Origin: Pristiophorus japonicus
Lineage: Eukaryota
Reading direction: 5' to 3'
Length of the DNA stretch: 64,000 nucleotides
Assembly: GCF_044704955.1 (NCBI RefSeq)
Contig: NC_091989.1
Location: 21,824,001-21,888,000, forward strand
Shown here: piece by piece, positions 60,677 to 64,000 of the stretch
Layout of the letters: each line of letters begins with the position of its first letter
Numbering within the stretch: the stretch's first letter is position 1
Position numbers and translations under genes: made by a program
The notes under the pieces: model-generated
Database searches by the model: none
What the model was told of the DNA's origin: nothing
What the model saw: the letters and a program-made list of their open reading frames with translations, nothing else

Positions 60677-63600
60677 TGTTATGTATGTAACCCTTGGCAA
60701 TCTGTATGATACCACTACCAGAGTGCCTACTTTTTGGAGTCCCAAGGGATCCCAGCATCCCTTGGGAGCACGGTATATAAGCATGCCTCCCATGCTGTAC
60801 CAGCACTCTGGAGTTTAATTAAAGGAGCTAAGGTCACACTTACTCAATGCATACAGTACTCAGTTGCATCACTTTATTATGAGCGTAATAATTGGCGCCG
60901 AGATAACGAACAACCACGCGAAAATGCAAAGAACTGTTGGTATCCTGGAGAAATTCTCAGCAGGGATGATTGGGAAGCCTTCGTTGACTCGACCAATACT
61001 TCGTGGCCAATGAGCTGGAAGGGGACGAGAATGCTGCCAAATGAAGGGCGATCCTCCTTACCGTCTGTGAGGCAACAACCTATGGCCTCATGAAGAATCT
61101 TCTAGCTCCGGTGAAACCAACAACCAAATCCTATGAAGAACTGTGTACGCTGGTCCGGGAGCACCTAAATCTGAAGGAAAGCGTTTTGATGGCAAGGTAT
61201 CGGTTCTACATGTGTCAACGGTCTGAAGGTCAGGAAGTGGTGAGCTATGTCGCCGAACTCGGGCACCTTTCAGGACATTGCGAATTCGATGGATTCCTTG
61301 AGCAAATGCTAAAGAGACTTTTTTGTGCTTGACATTGGCCATGAGGTTATCCTTCGCAAACTATTGACTGTTGAAACACTGAGCAAAGCCATAACGATAG
61401 CCCACGCATTTATGTCTACCAGTGATAACACCAAACAAATTTCACAACATAAAGAAGTTTTGACTAGTACTGTACACAAAGTAACATTATTTTCAGGCAG
61501 GAATGCATATGGCAGAACGTACACGCCGGCAGCTGCACGACCTCAGATGACCCAGAGTCCGCCATCAATCGTTATTGCGCAGCAGTTAACACCTTGTTGG
61601 CGCTGTGGAGGTGATCATCGAGCCCATCAATGCCTCTTCAAACACTATGCGTGCAAAGGCTGTGGAACAATGGGACACCTCCAGCAAATGTGCAGACAAG
61701 ATGCAAACCCTGCAAACCACCATGTTGCAGAGGAAGATTGATCCATGGTGGATCAGGCTGAACGAGAGACTCGAACCGAGGAGGCAGAAGTGTACGGGGT
61801 ACACACCTTCACCACGAAATGTCCACCGATCATGTTAAAAGTTGAACTGGACGGAATTCCAGTATCCATGGAACTGGACACAGGTGCGAGTCAGTCTGTC
61901 ACGAGCAAAAAGGCCTTCGACAGGCTGTGGTGCAACAAGGCACACAGGCCCCAGCTTAGCCCCATTCACACCAAGCTAAGAACTTACACCAAAGAGCTTA
62001 TCCCTGTGATTGGCAGCGCAGACGTAAAAGTCTCCTATGATGGAGCAGTGCACGAACTCCCACTATGGATTGTGCCAGGAGATGGCCCCACACTGTTCGG
62101 CAGAAGCTGGCTGGGAAAAATCCGCTGGAACTGGGACGACATTCGAGCGCTTTCGTCCGTCGATGACGCCTCATGTGCCCAGATTCTGAGCAGGTTCCCA
62201 TCATTGTTTGAGCCAGGCATTGGAAGTTTCTCGGGGGCGAAGGTGCAGATCCACTTGGTTCCCAGTACACGGCCCATCCACCACAAGGCACGGGCGGTGC
62301 CATATATGATGCGAGAGAAAGTGGAAATTGAGCTGGACAGGCTGCAGCGAGAAGGCATCATCGCACCGGTGGAGTTCAATGAGTGGGCCAGTCTAACTGT
62401 TCTGGTTCTCGAAGGCGACGTCATGGTCAGAATTTGTAGGGAGTATAAAGTAACGATTAGTCATTTTTCGCTACAGGACCAGTACCCGCTACCCAAGGCA
62501 GACGACCTATTTGCGACCCTGGCTGGAAGAAAGACGTTCACCAAGTTGGACCTGACCTCGGCCTACATGACGCAGGAGCTGGAGGAACCTTCGAAAGGCC
62601 TCACCTGCATCAACACGCACAAATGTCTGTTCATCTACAATAGATGCCCGTTTGGGATTCGATCAGCCACGGCAATTTTCCAATGGAAATGGAGAGCCTG
62701 CTAAAGTAGGTTCCGCACACCATGGTTTTCCAGGACGACATACTGGTCACAGGTTGGGACACCATCGAACACTTGCAGAACCTGGAAGAGGTTCTAAGTC
62801 GGCTACATTGTGTGGGACTCAGATTGAAACGCTCAAAGTGTGTTTTCCTGGCACCAGAGGTCGAGTTCTTAGGAAGAAGAATCGTGGCAGACAGCATCAG
62901 ACCCACCGACCCCAAGACGGAGGCCATCAAGAACGCGTCGAGACCACAGAACATGATGGAACTGCGGTCGTTCCTGGGACTCCTCAACTATTTTGGTCAT
63001 TTCCTACCTGGGTTAAGCACCTTGGTAGAACCCCGACATGTGCTACTGCGCAAGGGAGACGACTGGGTATGGGGGAAACCACAAGAGGCTGCTTTTGAGA
63101 AAGCCAGAAATCTGTTATGTTCCAACAAACTGCTTGTTCTGTATAACCCATGTAAACGATTAGTGCTTGCTTGCGATGCGTCGTCATACGGGGTTGGGTG
63201 TGTGTTACAACAGGCTAACGAATCGGGAACATTGCAACCGGTCGTTACCGGTCACCAGGAGTTTGTCCAAGGCCGAAAGGGCATGTTTGAAAAAGAAGCT
63301 CTGACGTGCGTTTACGGGGTGAAACAAAAGCACCAGTATTTGTTTGGTCTCAAGTTTGAGCTAGAAACTGACCATAAGCCGCTCATATTGCTATTCTCAG
63401 AGAGCAAAGGGATTAACACCAATCCTCTGCCCGCATCCAAAGATGGACGCTCACGCTGTCTGCATACAACTATGTAATCCGCCACAGACCAGACACAGAG
63501 AACTGCGTTGATGTTCTCAGTCGGCTACCATTGCCCACCACCGGGGTGGAAATAGCACAGCCTGCAGACTTGCTCTTGGTAATGGATGCATTCAAAAATG

Positions 63601-64000
63601 CAAAGTCACTCATGACGGCCTGCCAGATCAGGTCCTGAACCAGTCAGGATCCTTTACTGTCCCTGCTAAAAAAATTGTATCCTCCATGGGAGCTGGTCAA
63701 GCGTCCCAGCGGAGATGCATGAAGAGATCAAGCCGTTCCAGCGGCGCAAAGACAAAATGTCCATACAGGCGGACTGTCTTTTGTGGGGTAATCCCGTGGT
63801 TTTGCCTAAGAAAGGCAGGGAAACGTTCATAGGCGACTTATACAGTACCCACCCAGGCATAGTAATGATGAAGGCTATAGCCAGATCCCATGTGTGGTGG
63901 GCCGGCATCGACTCAGACTTAGTCATGCGTGCGCCAATGCAACACTTGTTCTCAACTGAGCAATGCACCCAGAGAGGCACTGCTATGTTTGTGGTCATGG
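60677..64000 (+). mobile_element. Ty3/Gypsy LTR retrotransposon (Mag-like), frameshifted, running off the window
   Basis: 5' LTR TGTT.. at 60677 to about 60890; PBS-like tggcgccgag; gag with paired zinc knuckles CWRCGGDHRAHQC..CKGCGTMGHLQQMC; protease MELDTGAS; RT FQDDILV; RNase H LACDASSYGVG; start of integrase HPGIV. Confidence 0.95.

Overview
Repeat-rich vertebrate genomic DNA, most likely a shark or other cartilaginous fish (inferred from the repeat content: CR1 and L2 LINEs, Deu-domain SINEs, Penelope, Harbinger MITEs, a Mag-like Gypsy element). Among the transposon remnants, the minus strand carries two head-to-tail paralogous immune genes. Gene A has 8 coding exons (48194->28821) that splice GT-AG, in frame, into a predicted 976-aa type-I membrane protein: signal peptide, one B7/CD276/butyrophilin-type IgV domain, transmembrane helix, 11-aa linker, NACHT NTPase, LRRs, and a helical Tyr-containing tail. 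This is a membrane-anchored NLR with an extracellular Ig domain in place of a CARD/PYD. Gene B (11100->3561, open toward the left edge) has the same signal peptide/IgV/TM/mini-exon layout; its NACHT exon, if any, lies outside the window. Both putative promoters carry ISRE/IRF-type motifs, and gene B also has an NF-kB site. A secondary finding is a Tx1-clade retrotransposon inserted twice at the same position of a Charlie/MER3-like hAT MITE. Exon models were read by eye and have no transcript support. Repeat family names come from recognised motifs, not database searches, and repeat boundaries are approximate unless TSDs are given.
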